DNA of 57,550 bases from Candidatus Zixiibacteriota bacterium (GTDB lineage Bacteria > Zixibacteria > MSB-5A5 > CAIYYT01). A model generated the notes under the pieces. It made no database searches, was not told the origin of the DNA, and worked only from the letters and a program-made list of their open reading frames with translations. How positions within the stretch are numbered: position 1 is the first letter of the stretch; each line of letters begins with the position of its first letter. The stretch spans positions 1 through 57,550 of the forward strand of contig JBECKX010000129.1 in the NCBI GenBank assembly GCA_040235515.1. The letters are read 5' to 3'. The position numbers were made by a program, and so were the translations under genes. Below are positions 37,848-48,124 of this stretch, piece after piece.

Positions 37848-40800
37848 CAGAAGCTCACCCCCAGACCAAGCTTAAGCTGCCTCGGCGCCAGATAGCGAGT
37901 CGGGTTCTCCCAGAGGGGGAGCTCATACCCCAGCGGAGGTAGCTCAAACAGGTTACCGCCCGTAGGAATCGTGTCACCTTCCTTGTAAACATCACCGGTG
38001 AGGGGATTGATCAGCGTGACGTTTTTGTGGTCAAGGAGGTTTAACCCCTCGAAGAAGAGAGTGACGGTGTAGCTGTCTAAACGGAAGTTCTTCTGAAAGG
38101 CGAAATCGAGTGAGTTCCACCACGGACCGATCTTTGAATTCGTCTCGCCGCTCGGCACAAACACCTGAAATCCATCCTCGTCCACGGCCTCCTGATATGG
38201 CGTGTAACGTTTACCCGCCTGTCCCCAGAACTTGATGTTCAAATTCCAGTCGTCGGGGAGCGCCATGCCGAGGAAGCTGACATCCTGATTGTCTTCAACG
38301 TGAATATTGGTCTTGAGGATAAACTGCCACGGCTTATCCCAGTCAAAGGCGATGTCGTTGTAAATCGCCCCCTCCGAGCGTGTCTCAAGCCCGCGCAGGA
38401 TGTCCGCCGGCAGTGAACGCTCACCGGTGGCTTTGCTGAATGCCGTGTTGGCGGAGATGCTGACTATATCGCTGAAGTCCTGAACATACTCGATCTCTAC
38501 TCCCTGGCTGGTTGCATAGTCGAGGTTGAAGTAGAGGAAGTAGGTTTCATCGGGGAAGCGCGGATCAGGCGCGACCGAAGTCGCCGCGATATAGTCGCTG
38601 ATATACTTGATGTACCCCGATACGCCGACAGCGACACGCTTGCCCGGCAGCCACTTCAACCCCGCCTCAATATTGGTGACCTTCTCGTAATCGAGCGCCG
38701 GATTTCCGAATAGCTGATAGGTGGCCTGCGACGGCGTGTAGAGTTTGGCATAGAGATATTGCGGTGAAGGCCGTCGCGCAAAGCGGGAATACGATGCAAA
38801 CAGTGTCAGATCGCGACTGATCGGGTTGGAAACTCCAAATCGAGGTGAGAATGTCCCCCGCGCGCGCCGACCGAATAGGTCGATCGTCTCATCCTCGAAC
38901 TTGGTCTTGAGCGCCTCAGAAAGCACCGAGAGGCTCTCCGCCTCAAAGGCATCCTCGGCGTACTTGCCGACCAGCCAGAGATCGTAGCGAACGCCAAAGT
39001 CGAAGATCAATCCATTGAGGTTGATATTGTTCTGAATAAAGAGACCATGGGTCGATGGTTGCGCCTTATAGATGTCGTAGTTGAGGCCATAACCTGACTC
39101 GCTTAACCAGGGCTGGAACAAGTCAAAAACCTGTATGGTTTGAAACTCACTCTGAAACCCGGTCTTGAAAGTGAAATTCGGCTCTATCTCGGTTTCATAG
39201 GTCGACTTGAGTGAGTAGTTCTCGATATAGTGATCGTACCAGGTGTCACCGTCGCCACCGTCCCAGAAACCATCACCTTTCACGACCGTATAGATGTCAT
39301 TCTGTTCGTCATAAAGAACTGTGTCGGGAAGTGCGTCGATCGGTTGGACGTACTCCTTCCAATTCTTCCCCTCAACCTGTGAGCGCAGGGTCGTAAAAAA
39401 CCGCGCCGCAGTCACTCGCAATTGTTTGTGGATATCGAAACGCCAGTCGAGGCTGATCACCTGCTGATTCGATTTCTGGGTAAACGTGTTGTAATCATCC
39501 AGTATCTTTTGATACTCGAACGGATAGCCGTAAGAGAAGTCAATGGTCCTGATACGAGTCTCAAGGATACTACGATCCTGGTTAATCGTCGCCGCTGCCG
39601 AGTGAGACAGTGAGAGTTTGACCAGCGGCGAAATCTTGTAGGTCAGCTTGAAGAGGCCCGAGTACTGGTTGTCGGAGCGTGGCGCCAGCGAACTGCCGCC
39701 AAAAGTCTCTGAGTAGAGATTGGTTGAAAAGGGCAGATGTGTGTCGGTCAGCAGAAAATTGCCGGAAGCAAAGAAGTAGGTTTCTCCCGGCAAGCCGACA
39801 CCGTTCACGAGCCTGGTAGTAAGCGGCTCCGGACCGGAGAGGGATGCTTCCAGTTGATCGGTGTTGAAGCTGGCATCGCCAAACGGATGATCATTCCTGT
39901 AATTGATTGAGCCGGTGAAGTCCTCCTGACCTTCCTTGGTGATGATCTCCACCACTCCGGAGGTCGCCTGCGCGAATTCAGCATCGGCGCCGCCGCTATA
40001 AAGATTGATTTCCTTGACAGAGCCTGAATTGAGGGAGTGTCCATAACCTTGCCGGATCAGCGGGTCGGTCACCGAGACTCCATCCACCATATACTGCGTC
40101 TCATAGGTTCTGCCGCCGCGGATATGCAGTTCGTTGTCGATCTCCACCACACCCGGCAACTCCTGCAGAATATCACTGATCCCGCGAGCCGCGCCCCGGT
40201 CGATTTCCTGTCGCTCGATCGAACGGACCGTAGCCGGCACCGTGGGGTCGAGCAATGGTTTTTCGCCGTAAACTACAACTTCGCTGCCAAGTGGAAGAAC
40301 CGTCTCCTCCAGGGCGATATTAAGGTCGGTTGTATCGGCACCAAAAACGTCAACGGAATAATTCTTCACCTGCTTGTAGCCGATCAAAATCGTTTCGATG
40401 GTATAGCGGCCCGGTTTCAGGCGCAGGAACTGGAATTTGCCGTCGATGCCGGTTTGGGTTCCCAGCCCGAGTTCATCGATCTTCACCACCGCCCCGGGCA
40501 GCGCCGCGCCACTTGTCTGGCTGGTAATCGTGCCCGCCAGGGCGCCGAATGCCCGCGCTGCCTGAGCCTGGTCTGCACGCTCGTCGGCGGTGATCGGCTT
40601 GATCCGAATCTCGATTTCTTGTGACTGCTGCGTCCCTAACCGAAGACGGCGGCGGTAGCCCTCGTAATAGCCGTCAAAGGTGACTTTGACATCATAAATC
40701 CCACCCGGGATGTTGCTGAATACGAAGTAGCCGTCGGCATTCGTGGTGGTGGTGAAGCTGGTCTCTTCAATTGTTACTGCAGCACCGACGATTGGCTGAT

Positions 40801-40903
40801 CTGAATAGCGGTCGTAAACGTACCCTGACAGCGTAGCCGCGGTCGCCGAAACGGATGCCGCCAGTAACAGCAGCAGGGAAAGCATGAAGCGGATCTTTAT
40901 CAT
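37847..40903 (-). CDS. TonB-dependent outer-membrane receptor with two N-terminal carboxypeptidase-regulatory-like domains (alternative start 40930)
   Basis: Signal peptide, two 'G.V.D...P..GA.V.I....T..DG.F....PG.Y' modules, plug 'LPGVV..LHIRGGR..E..YMVDG', C-terminal 'PRQLKLGLGVSF'. Confidence 0.9.
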   Translation of the reverse strand: MIKIRFMLSLLLLLAASVSATAATLSGYVYDRYSDQPIVGAAVTIEETSFTTTTNADGYFVFSNIPGGIYDVKVTFDGYYEGYRRRLRLGTQQSQEIEIRIKPITADERADQAQAARAFGALAGTITSQTSGAALPGAVVKIDELGLGTQTGIDGKFQFLRLKPGRYTIETILIGYKQVKNYSVDVFGADTTDLNIALEETVLPLGSEVVVYGEKPLLDPTVPATVRSIERQEIDRGAARGISDILQELPGVVEIDNELHIRGGRTYETQYMVDGVSVTDPLIRQGYGHSLNSGSVKEINLYSGGADAEFAQATSGVVEIITKEGQEDFTGSINYRNDHPFGDASFNTDQLEASLSGPEPLTTRLVNGVGLPGETYFFASGNFLLTDTHLPFSTNLYSETFGGSSLAPRSDNQYSGLFKLTYKISPLVKLSLSHSAAATINQDRSILETRIRTIDFSYGYPFEYQKILDDYNTFTQKSNQQVISLDWRFDIHKQLRVTAARFFTTLRSQVEGKNWKEYVQPIDALPDTVLYDEQNDIYTVVKGDGFWDGGDGDTWYDHYIENYSLKSTYETEIEPNFTFKTGFQSEFQTIQVFDLFQPWLSESGYGLNYDIYKAQPSTHGLFIQNNINLNGLIFDFGVRYDLWLVGKYAEDAFEAESLSVLSEALKTKFEDETIDLFGRRARGTFSPRFGVSNPISRDLTLFASYSRFARRPSPQYLYAKLYTPSQATYQLFGNPALDYEKVTNIEAGLKWLPGKRVAVGVSGYIKYISDYIAATSVAPDPRFPDETYFLYFNLDYATSQGVEIEYVQDFSDIVSISANTAFSKATGERSLPADILRGLETRSEGAIYNDIAFDWDKPWQFILKTNIHVEDNQDVSFLGMALPDDWNLNIKFWGQAGKRYTPYQEAVDEDGFQVFVPSGETNSKIGPWWNSLDFAFQKNFRLDSYTVTLFFEGLNLLDHKNVTLINPLTGDVYKEGDTIPTGGNLFELPPLGYELPLWENPTRYLAPRQLKLGLGVSF

Positions 40904-41111
40904 TTCACTCTTGAGACGAAGCTCTCTCATTTGCGTCAAATCTCTTGTCGAGTCATAAGTCAAATCTTGCCCTGGATTGAAACCCGATTCGATCCAGTTC
41001 TCCGGCAAAGGCTCGCGCTGGATTGCAGGAGGATACGGCGGTTGAATTGGTTGGTCAAGCCATTCTTGGCCCTTGAGTGCGCAACACAGCGTTCCGTAAC
41101 CCCGAAAAACT

Positions 41112-41140
41112 TTGCGGATTCCGATTTGCTGTAGTATCAT
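41112..41140 (+). promoter_or_regulatory. Sigma70-like promoter TTGCGG-N17-TATCAT, leaderless candidate for smpB
   Basis: The -10 hexamer ends 6 nt before ATG 41147; no Shine-Dalgarno (CGCCCC precedes ATG). Confidence 0.5.
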
Positions 41141-41146
41141 CGCCCC

Positions 41147-41611
41147 ATGAAGGAACCGAGCAAGAAGATTGTGGCCCAAAACCGCAAAGCCCGGCACGAA
41201 TATGAGATTCTTGAGACCTATGAAACCGGGATTGTGCTGGTGGGTACCGAGGTAAAATCTCTGCGGCAGGGTAAAGCACAGCTCTCCGATAGTTATGCCA
41301 CTATCGAAGCGGGTGAAGTCTGGCTGAACAGCCTCCATATCACTCCCTACGAACAAGGGAATATTCATAATCATGATCCCCGGCGGAAACGGAAGCTGTT
41401 GATGCACGCCCGCGAGATCAAGAAACTCTACGCTCGGGCGGTCGAGCGAGGCTTGAGTCTCGTTCCACTCAGTATCTACTTCAAGGGAAAAGTCGCCAAA
41501 ATCGAGCTTGCACTTGTTCGTGGTAAGAAGTTGTATGACAAGCGAGAAGCTATTACCAAACGGGATGCGAAGCGCGAAATCGAACGTAGATTGAAGGAAC
41601 ATGGACGGTAA
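41147..41611 (+). CDS. smpB: SsrA-binding protein
   Basis: 'NRKARHEY', 'GIVLVGTEVKSLR', 'NHDPRRKRKLL', 'GKKLYDKRE'. Confidence 0.98.
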   Translation: MKEPSKKIVAQNRKARHEYEILETYETGIVLVGTEVKSLRQGKAQLSDSYATIEAGEVWLNSLHITPYEQGNIHNHDPRRKRKLLMHAREIKKLYARAVERGLSLVPLSIYFKGKVAKIELALVRGKKLYDKREAITKRDAKREIERRLKEHGR

Positions 41612-41630
41612 CTTCAGGTATAACATCGAG

Positions 41631-43175
41631 ATGCTAACGGCTAAAACTATATCGCTGGTGGGCCTGGTGGCCCTGATCGTGGTTGGCCTGACCATGCCGC
41701 TCCACGCCCAATACTACGAACCGCAGCCGCTCAAAACGATTTCGCTCAGGAATCTCGGGAGCCCCGACCCGATCCGTGTCTATGAAGAGAATGGCGTCGA
41801 GTACCTGAGCGCAACCGATCTGTTCCGAGCGCTGCAGGCCCATGTAGCGTGGTCGAGTGAGGAGAACAAGCTGGATGTTACGCTCTATCGGCGTAAACTC
41901 GTCTTCCAGATGGCGAACCGTTTTTGTTCGGTGGATGGCTATCCATATAACCTCGTGTATCCACCCCTCTATCATGTGGACGATCTCTACCTGCCAATCA
42001 GGCGAACCGTGTTCCTGCTCTCTGACGCTCTGGAGCGTACACTTATCTTCTCTCCCGACAGGCGCACAGTCGTTGCCGTCGGACAGGAGGAGAATGTCGT
42101 CGCGTTGCAGCTTGCGGAGAAACTCAACGGTGATCTGCTGGAGGTGCTCCTGAGCCGCAGACTTGACTTCGATGTGTTCGTCAGTGAGGGAAACTGGATC
42201 AATATCACGATCGCCGGCGGGGAAGTCGATACCAACACTTTCGGCCTTACCGATTCGACCAGCAAGATACTGGATGTCCGCGCATTCCAGTTTGACAATT
42301 CGGCCCAGATTTCAGTCCAGATGCGCCAGCCGATTTCGCGTTACCACAGTTCGTACGCGCCCAACCCGCACCGAATTCAGATAGCCCTTGAAAGCAGCAG
42401 TTTCAGCAACGATCAGAAAGAGAACTCTCAGCCACTGGTGAAGAAAGAACAATACGACTCGCTCGATGTGATAGTCATCGATCCCGGTCACGGTGGAGAG
42501 CACGACGGCGCGATCGGCAGGGATGGCACGAAGGAAAAGGATATTGTGCTTGATATCGCCCTTCGTCTTGAGAAGATCATGCTGAAGGAGGGGCGGTTTA
42601 TCCCGATTTTGACGCGTCGCTCCGACGAGACAGTCGGCTTGAACGACAGGGCTGCAATCGCAAACCAGGCGGAGGGAGATCTCTTCGTTTCGATCCACTG
42701 CAACTCCAATGAGATTCGCAGCGCATCCGGATCGGAGACCTACTTCCTCGCGGCTGCCAAGAGCGATGATGCCCGTATCACCGCGTTGCTGGAGAACTCC
42801 GATTTCCAATTGAATGTCCCCAAATCGAACTACAACAAACGCGAGCAGGATGAGCTTGATTTCATCGTGATGGATGTCCTGCAGACGGAGTACCTGACAC
42901 AATCGCAGCAGCTGGCCGAGTTCGTGCAGGAGTCATTGAAAAAATACCTCAACGTGCCGTCGCGTGGCGTTAACCAGGCGGGCTTCGCCGTACTCAATCG
43001 TGTGGAGATGCCGTCGGTCCTGGTGGAGACAGCGTTCATCTCGAATAAGGTGGAAGAGCGCCTCCTGACTCAGGATAACTTCAGGCAGGCGGCGGCGGAG
43101 AGTATCTACCAGGGGATCGTCAGATTCGCCAATCTTTACGAGCGCGAGGTGCGGGCCAATGCCGGCTCCGAGTAG
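41631..43175 (+). CDS. N-acetylmuramoyl-L-alanine amidase (Amidase_3) with N-terminal AMIN-like region (alternative start 41601)
   Basis: Signal peptide; 'VIDPGHGG', 'EKDIVL', 'FVSIHCNS', 'PSVLVETAFISN'. Confidence 0.92.
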   Translation: MLTAKTISLVGLVALIVVGLTMPLHAQYYEPQPLKTISLRNLGSPDPIRVYEENGVEYLSATDLFRALQAHVAWSSEENKLDVTLYRRKLVFQMANRFCSVDGYPYNLVYPPLYHVDDLYLPIRRTVFLLSDALERTLIFSPDRRTVVAVGQEENVVALQLAEKLNGDLLEVLLSRRLDFDVFVSEGNWINITIAGGEVDTNTFGLTDSTSKILDVRAFQFDNSAQISVQMRQPISRYHSSYAPNPHRIQIALESSSFSNDQKENSQPLVKKEQYDSLDVIVIDPGHGGEHDGAIGRDGTKEKDIVLDIALRLEKIMLKEGRFIPILTRRSDETVGLNDRAAIANQAEGDLFVSIHCNSNEIRSASGSETYFLAAAKSDDARITALLENSDFQLNVPKSNYNKREQDELDFIVMDVLQTEYLTQSQQLAEFVQESLKKYLNVPSRGVNQAGFAVLNRVEMPSVLVETAFISNKVEERLLTQDNFRQAAAESIYQGIVRFANLYEREVRANAGSE

Positions 43176-43971
43176 CCCGATCGGAATCTTCGACTCCGGC
43201 CTGGGCGGGCTGACCGTCGCCAAAGAAATCTTCGGGTTGCTGCCGAGCGAGGATGTCGTCTATTTCGGGGATGTTGGACGTTACCCCTATGGTGGTCGCT
43301 CGAAAGAGATCATCATCCAGTTCTCCCGTCAAGATATCAATTTCCTGATCGAGCAGGGGGTAAAGCTGATCGTCGCGGCCTGCAACACGGCATCCGCACT
43401 GGCGCTGGAGACGGTCAAGAGCGACTACGAAATCGAAATCATCGGTGTGATCGAGCCGGGCGCCGTAAGCGCCGTGGGAACCACCAGCAACGGCAAAGTG
43501 GGGGTTATCGGTACTGCGGGAACGATCCACTCCAATGCTTACGCCCGCGCCGTGGAGGCGCTTGATGCCAAGGTCAAGGTCTTCAGCATGGCGTGTCCGC
43601 TCTTTGTTCCGTTGGTGGAGGAGGGGTACCTGGAGAAGGAGGCCGCCTACCTGATCGCCGAAGATTACCTGCAGCCCTTCAGAAACAATGGCGTGGACAC
43701 CCTGATCCTGGGGTGTACTCACTATCCTCTGCTTAAGCCCGTTATCCAGCGAGTGTTGGGAGAGCGAGTGCACCTGATCGACTCCGCGCGCGAAACTGCC
43801 AAAGTAGTCGCAAAGCGGCTGACCTCTGCGAATCTGCTCAATCCGAAGAGTTCGGACGGCGAACACAAGTTCTACGTGTCCGATGTGCCGGATCAATTCG
43901 CACAGACGGCACGACACTTCCTGGGGGACACCGTACGCAACGCCATGCGGATCGATATCACGAAGTATTGA
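43159..43971 (+). CDS. murI: Glutamate racemase
   Basis: 'IGIFDSGLGGLTV', 'PYG', 'ACNTAS', 'LGCTHYP'. Confidence 0.97.
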   Translation: MPAPSSPIGIFDSGLGGLTVAKEIFGLLPSEDVVYFGDVGRYPYGGRSKEIIIQFSRQDINFLIEQGVKLIVAACNTASALALETVKSDYEIEIIGVIEPGAVSAVGTTSNGKVGVIGTAGTIHSNAYARAVEALDAKVKVFSMACPLFVPLVEEGYLEKEAAYLIAEDYLQPFRNNGVDTLILGCTHYPLLKPVIQRVLGERVHLIDSARETAKVVAKRLTSANLLNPKSSDGEHKFYVSDVPDQFAQTARHFLGDTVRNAMRIDITKY

Positions 43972-43996
43972 GCAGTCGTCGGTACTCTATCTCATC

Positions 43997-44596
43997 ATGA
44001 CCAGGACTTTTCATAAACTGATTTTGGCCACGAACAATCGTCACAAGATCTCCGAAATGTCTGCCGTGATGGAGGGACTGGAAATTGAGCTGCTGAGCAA
44101 GGCTGATTTCTCCGATTTTCCCGATATCCCCGAAACCGGTACGACCCTTGAGGAGAATGCCTTGTTGAAGGCGCGTGCCGTGTTTGAGAAGTATGGTATC
44201 GCTGCAATCGCCGACGATACAGGCTTGATGGTTGCTGCTCTCTCCGGTGCACCCGGAATCTACTCAGCGCGTTACGCCGGAGAACAGTGCAGCTTCCTCG
44301 ATAACAACCTCAAACTCCTGGCCGAGCTTCAGGGCGTGGCGCAGCCGGACCGGAGCGCTTCATTCGTCACGGTAATTGCGCTGGTGGATGGGGAAGGTGA
44401 GCATTGCTTCACCGGCGAAGTGCATGGAGTAATTACTACCGAGCTAATGGGTGAGAATGGTTTCGGGTATGATCCGGTGTTCCTCCCCAACGAGTCGAAC
44501 AAGACTTTCGCACAAATGAGCGCTGCCGAGAAGAACGCGATCTCCCACCGTGGCAGGGCACTCAAGCAACTGCGCGACTGGCTGGCGCGGCACTAG
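43997..44596 (+). CDS. rdgB: Non-canonical purine NTP pyrophosphatase (RdgB/HAM1)
   Basis: 'ATNNRHK..E', 'ENALLKA', 'ADDTGL', 'PGIYSARYAG', 'GFGYDPVF', 'KNAISHRG'. Start moved to ATG 43997. Confidence 0.96.
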   Translation: MTRTFHKLILATNNRHKISEMSAVMEGLEIELLSKADFSDFPDIPETGTTLEENALLKARAVFEKYGIAAIADDTGLMVAALSGAPGIYSARYAGEQCSFLDNNLKLLAELQGVAQPDRSASFVTVIALVDGEGEHCFTGEVHGVITTELMGENGFGYDPVFLPNESNKTFAQMSAAEKNAISHRGRALKQLRDWLARH

Positions 44597-44685
44597 AACC
44601 AGCCTGTTTCTACCCGATCGAACACAACGATATGCCGGTCGGCTTAGCGGTTGCAGAATGAACACCGATTGGCGATAGTATCACT

Positions 44686-46110
44686 ATGGAAAGCAACTCC
44701 AAGAGTCGCCAGGTCCATCTTCATGATGTCACGCCTGCCCGTCAGGTTATCACTCCGAAGGGGATTGGAATCTTTCTCTTCGTTGTGCTTTGCGTCGGGG
44801 TTGGACTCGTCACGATCTTTGCACCACCCGTGATCATCGGCGGCGTCCTCCTTGCTGTTTGTCTCGGCTTGCTGATCGCGCTCTATCCCTACTTCGGATT
44901 GCTCACGTACTACCTCTTCAGGATTGTCAGCCCGGAGCAACTCTTTCCCTCAATAGCGGTGTTGCGTCCAACCCGGCTCTTCCTGAGCGCGCTGGTTGTG
45001 TCGGTAATCATAAACAAGAAGCTGCGCCACGAGCGGTTTCTCTTCTGGCAGAGTGACATCAGCAAACTTTTTATCCTGTTCCTCGGTGCGCTGGCGCTCT
45101 CGATTCCGTTCTCCTTCTGGCCCGCGCGCTCCTTCTGGTTCCTGATGAACTTCCTCTGGACTTTCGTTTACTTCATTCTGCTGATCAATATCCTGACCAC
45201 CGAGCAACGATTGAAGGGGTTCATGTGGTTATATATCCTCTCCGGCGGTTATACGGCGATCAGTTCTGCGATTGCCTACTTCAGTGGCACCCTGATCGTC
45301 GCGCAGGGGATCGAACGCGCAGAATCACTCACCGGAACCGACCCGAATACGCTGGCGGTTACGCTTGTGCTCTACCTGCCGTTTATGGTCTTCTCGGTGC
45401 CGTGGATCAAGAACAACTTGCTGCGAATTGTCCCGATCATCTTCTCGGCGGCGGCGATCCTCACGATCGCGATCACCGGCTCGCGGTCGGGCGTAATCGG
45501 ATTGGTGTTAACGGGGTTCTTTATCTGGCTGGTGTCTAAGAAGAAGGCGATCGTGGCGGTTGTGGCGATTCTGGTCTTGATCGGTGGCTGGTTTGCCCTC
45601 GGAGATCAATACAAGGAACGCTATGCCTCGATTTTCAGTACGGAGTATGACCCCTCCACAGAGGGGAGATTCGACGCGTGGGAAGCTGGCCTGCAGATGT
45701 TCACCCACAACCCGATCACCGGAATCGGTGTGGATTGTTTTCCCTACGCCTACGGCGCCGGCGTCTACTCCGATCGGGCGAACTATCTCAGATCGCACAA
45801 TATGTATATCCAGTTGATTGCCGAACTGGGATTGATTGGGCTGGTGGCATTCGGAGCTTTCGTCTACTTCATGCTAAGAGAGAATTTCAGATTGAGGAAA
45901 CGACTCAAACAGTTGGGCGGGCAATCGAGCATGATCTTCTGGCTGTCTCACGCCATCACCACATCATGTGGCGTTCTATTCGTGAACGCAATGTTCGGGC
46001 ACTCGCTGTTTCGAGGGCACTGGTACTTCAGCGCGGCATTAACTGTAGTGCTGCTGATGCTGGCCGATAAACTGAATCATGGAGCAAAGCAAGCAGATGT
46101 CGTCGCGTGA
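44686..46110 (+). CDS. O-antigen ligase/Wzy_C family membrane protein
   Basis: Multi-TM; 'DPNTLA', 'TGSRSG', 'GR..AW..G..MF..NPITGIG', 'HNMYIQLIAELG'. Confidence 0.87.
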   Translation: MESNSKSRQVHLHDVTPARQVITPKGIGIFLFVVLCVGVGLVTIFAPPVIIGGVLLAVCLGLLIALYPYFGLLTYYLFRIVSPEQLFPSIAVLRPTRLFLSALVVSVIINKKLRHERFLFWQSDISKLFILFLGALALSIPFSFWPARSFWFLMNFLWTFVYFILLINILTTEQRLKGFMWLYILSGGYTAISSAIAYFSGTLIVAQGIERAESLTGTDPNTLAVTLVLYLPFMVFSVPWIKNNLLRIVPIIFSAAAILTIAITGSRSGVIGLVLTGFFIWLVSKKKAIVAVVAILVLIGGWFALGDQYKERYASIFSTEYDPSTEGRFDAWEAGLQMFTHNPITGIGVDCFPYAYGAGVYSDRANYLRSHNMYIQLIAELGLIGLVAFGAFVYFMLRENFRLRKRLKQLGGQSSMIFWLSHAITTSCGVLFVNAMFGHSLFRGHWYFSAALTVVLLMLADKLNHGAKQADVVA

Positions 46111-46885
46111 CCGGGAAGGCGGGCAAAACCCGCTGGACGAATATCAGGACCGCTATCGCGAGGAAGCGGAATTCTTCGATCGTGAAGCAGCCGAATTCGC
46201 CGGCGGCCGCGACAATCTCAAATTCAGCAACGACCTGACCTACGAAGAATACTTCGGGCATTACCACACCTATCGGGTTGTGCGCGACTTTGTCGGCTCG
46301 CTCAAAGGAAAGCGGATACTCGACTTCGCCTGCGGAAGCGGCTACATGTCGATCTACTTCGCGCGCTCAGGCGCCGAGGCGTATGGGTTCGATATCTCTC
46401 CCAAATCTATCGAGGTAGCCAATCGGATGGCGGCGGACAATGGCGTGGGGGAGCGATGCGAATTCAAAGTGACCTCAGCGGAGAAGATGGACTACCCCGA
46501 CGGCTTCTTCGATGTGGTGTTCGGTAACGCCGCGCTTCATCACACCGACCTTGACCGTTCACCCGCTGAGATCGCGCGAGTGCTCAAACCGGGCGGAAAG
46601 GCAGCCTTCATCGACGATCTGCGCTACCACCCCGTGATGTGGCTCTATCGAAAAGTCACCAGTGACAAGCACACCCGCTACGAGACACCGATGTTGCGCA
46701 GCGATATCGCGCGTTTCCTGCCGTACTTTTCCGATGTCCGATTCGAATGCCACAACTTCTTCAACCTGTTCGAGAAAAACAGTTCCCTCTCCGCAGTTAC
46801 ACGCGCACTGGACCGCGGCCTGCTCAAATCGCTGCCATTCATGAAAGCGTTCTGCCGCAATCTGGTAATCAAAGCGACCAAATAG
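46079..46885 (+). CDS. Class I SAM-dependent methyltransferase
   Basis: 'ILDFACGSG', 'GFDIS', 'FDVVFGNAALHH', 'RVLKPGG'. Confidence 0.9.
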   Translation: MEQSKQMSSRDREGGQNPLDEYQDRYREEAEFFDREAAEFAGGRDNLKFSNDLTYEEYFGHYHTYRVVRDFVGSLKGKRILDFACGSGYMSIYFARSGAEAYGFDISPKSIEVANRMAADNGVGERCEFKVTSAEKMDYPDGFFDVVFGNAALHHTDLDRSPAEIARVLKPGGKAAFIDDLRYHPVMWLYRKVTSDKHTRYETPMLRSDIARFLPYFSDVRFECHNFFNLFEKNSSLSAVTRALDRGLLKSLPFMKAFCRNLVIKATK

Positions 46886-46931
46886 CCCCCAAGCACATTT
46901 CAGAATCGACGCCAATTCCGACTATTTAACA

Positions 46932-46959
46932 TTGACACAAAGGTAAATGTAGCTATATT
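46932..46959 (+). promoter_or_regulatory. Sigma70-like promoter TTGACA-N16-TATATT, near-leaderless
   Basis: AT-rich gap; the -10 ends 9 nt before ATG 46969; no Shine-Dalgarno. Confidence 0.55.
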
Positions 46960-46968
46960 CAGCCCGCC

Positions 46969-48087
46969 ATGAATTTGCAACGCAGACTTCCGGTGCTGGC
47001 TTTAGTCCTGGCATCCCTGATGATCGTACTGCTCGGGGTTCCTGTCCCGGGTATCGCTCAGGAGGCTGCCGACCAGGCTGCTTCCGCCGAACCTCATCCA
47101 CATGACCTGGTGGATCAGAACGCAACGGCAGACACCACCGCCGCGACGCACCCGCACGAAACCGCGACCGCCGGCGAAACACAGCCTGTCGAGGCAGACC
47201 CCGAACCGGCCGCTCCACCCACGACTCTGGATGTTATCCTGCAGGGGAAATACCTCACGATTCTGGGGTTGATGCTCCTTGGCCTCGTACTGCTCCTTAT
47301 CCGCAAGGTAAATCTCTGGGTGCGCATCGGCGCGCTGGTTCTGGCCTTCGTATTGTTCGGCCTCGATTGGGTTTATCCGTTGCACCCCAGCCCGATGTGC
47401 GCAACGACGAAGCTCTTCATGTTCAAGTTTACCCAAGGTCAGTTCTTTGCGGCGTTTTTGGCGTTCTTCCTCGTGATCTTTGTTCCGAGCCTGCTTGGGC
47501 GTAAGCTGTTCTGCGGCTGGGTTTGTCCGCTGGGAGCGATGCAGGACCTGGTGAACAAGATCCCATTCAAGTTCAAGTTCAAGAATTTCAGTTTTACGGC
47601 GCTCAATGCGGTGCGCTTCGCTTTGCTGGCATTGTTCTTCCTCACCTTCTTTATGGTGAAGGATCAGATTGCCATGCTCGGAGAGAGAACCGGCGCGGGC
47701 GGGACACCGATGTGGCGAGCGTTCTCAGCCTACAGTGTCTATGACCCCATCAACATGTTTGAACTGCTGCACTGGCAGATTGACACGATTTTCATCGTCA
47801 TGATGGCTGTCCTGCTGGCTGCGAGCCTGCTGCTGTATCGCCCATTCTGCTACACGATCTGTCCGGTCGGAGCGATCAGCTGGCTGCTGGAGAAGATCAG
47901 CCCCGGCAAAATCAGAGTGGACCGAAACACCTGCAACGACTGCGGTGTGTGCATCATAAAGTCACCCTGTCCGACCATGGCTCCGCTGGTGAAAGGGGAG
48001 ACCTTCTGGACGCCCGATTGCACATCGTGCGGCGAATGTCTGGATACCTGTCCGAAGAACTCGATCAAATTCTCGTTTCGAAAATAG
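46969..48087 (+). CDS. Membrane polyferredoxin (NapH/MauN/RdxA-like 4Fe-4S binding protein)
   Basis: Two CxxxCP motifs ('FCGWVCPLG', 'FCYTICPVG') and ferredoxin motifs 'CNDCGVC..PCP', 'CTSCGECLDTCP'; N-terminal signal plus Ala/Thr/Pro/His linker. Confidence 0.88.
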   Translation: MNLQRRLPVLALVLASLMIVLLGVPVPGIAQEAADQAASAEPHPHDLVDQNATADTTAATHPHETATAGETQPVEADPEPAAPPTTLDVILQGKYLTILGLMLLGLVLLLIRKVNLWVRIGALVLAFVLFGLDWVYPLHPSPMCATTKLFMFKFTQGQFFAAFLAFFLVIFVPSLLGRKLFCGWVCPLGAMQDLVNKIPFKFKFKNFSFTALNAVRFALLALFFLTFFMVKDQIAMLGERTGAGGTPMWRAFSAYSVYDPINMFELLHWQIDTIFIVMMAVLLAASLLLYRPFCYTICPVGAISWLLEKISPGKIRVDRNTCNDCGVCIIKSPCPTMAPLVKGETFWTPDCTSCGECLDTCPKNSIKFSFRK

Positions 48088-48124
48088 CCACACTTTCCTA
48101 ACATTACGTATCAGAAACTGGGGA

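Noticed and set aside
40931-41146. Riboswitch upstream of the TonB receptor, or tmRNA next to smpB
   Set aside because: No cobalamin, TPP or ssrA hallmark recognisable by eye. An Rfam/Infernal scan would be decisive.
40931-41695. 1282-aa version of the TonB receptor ORF
   Set aside because: The extension is antisense to smpB. The signal peptide begins near 40903.
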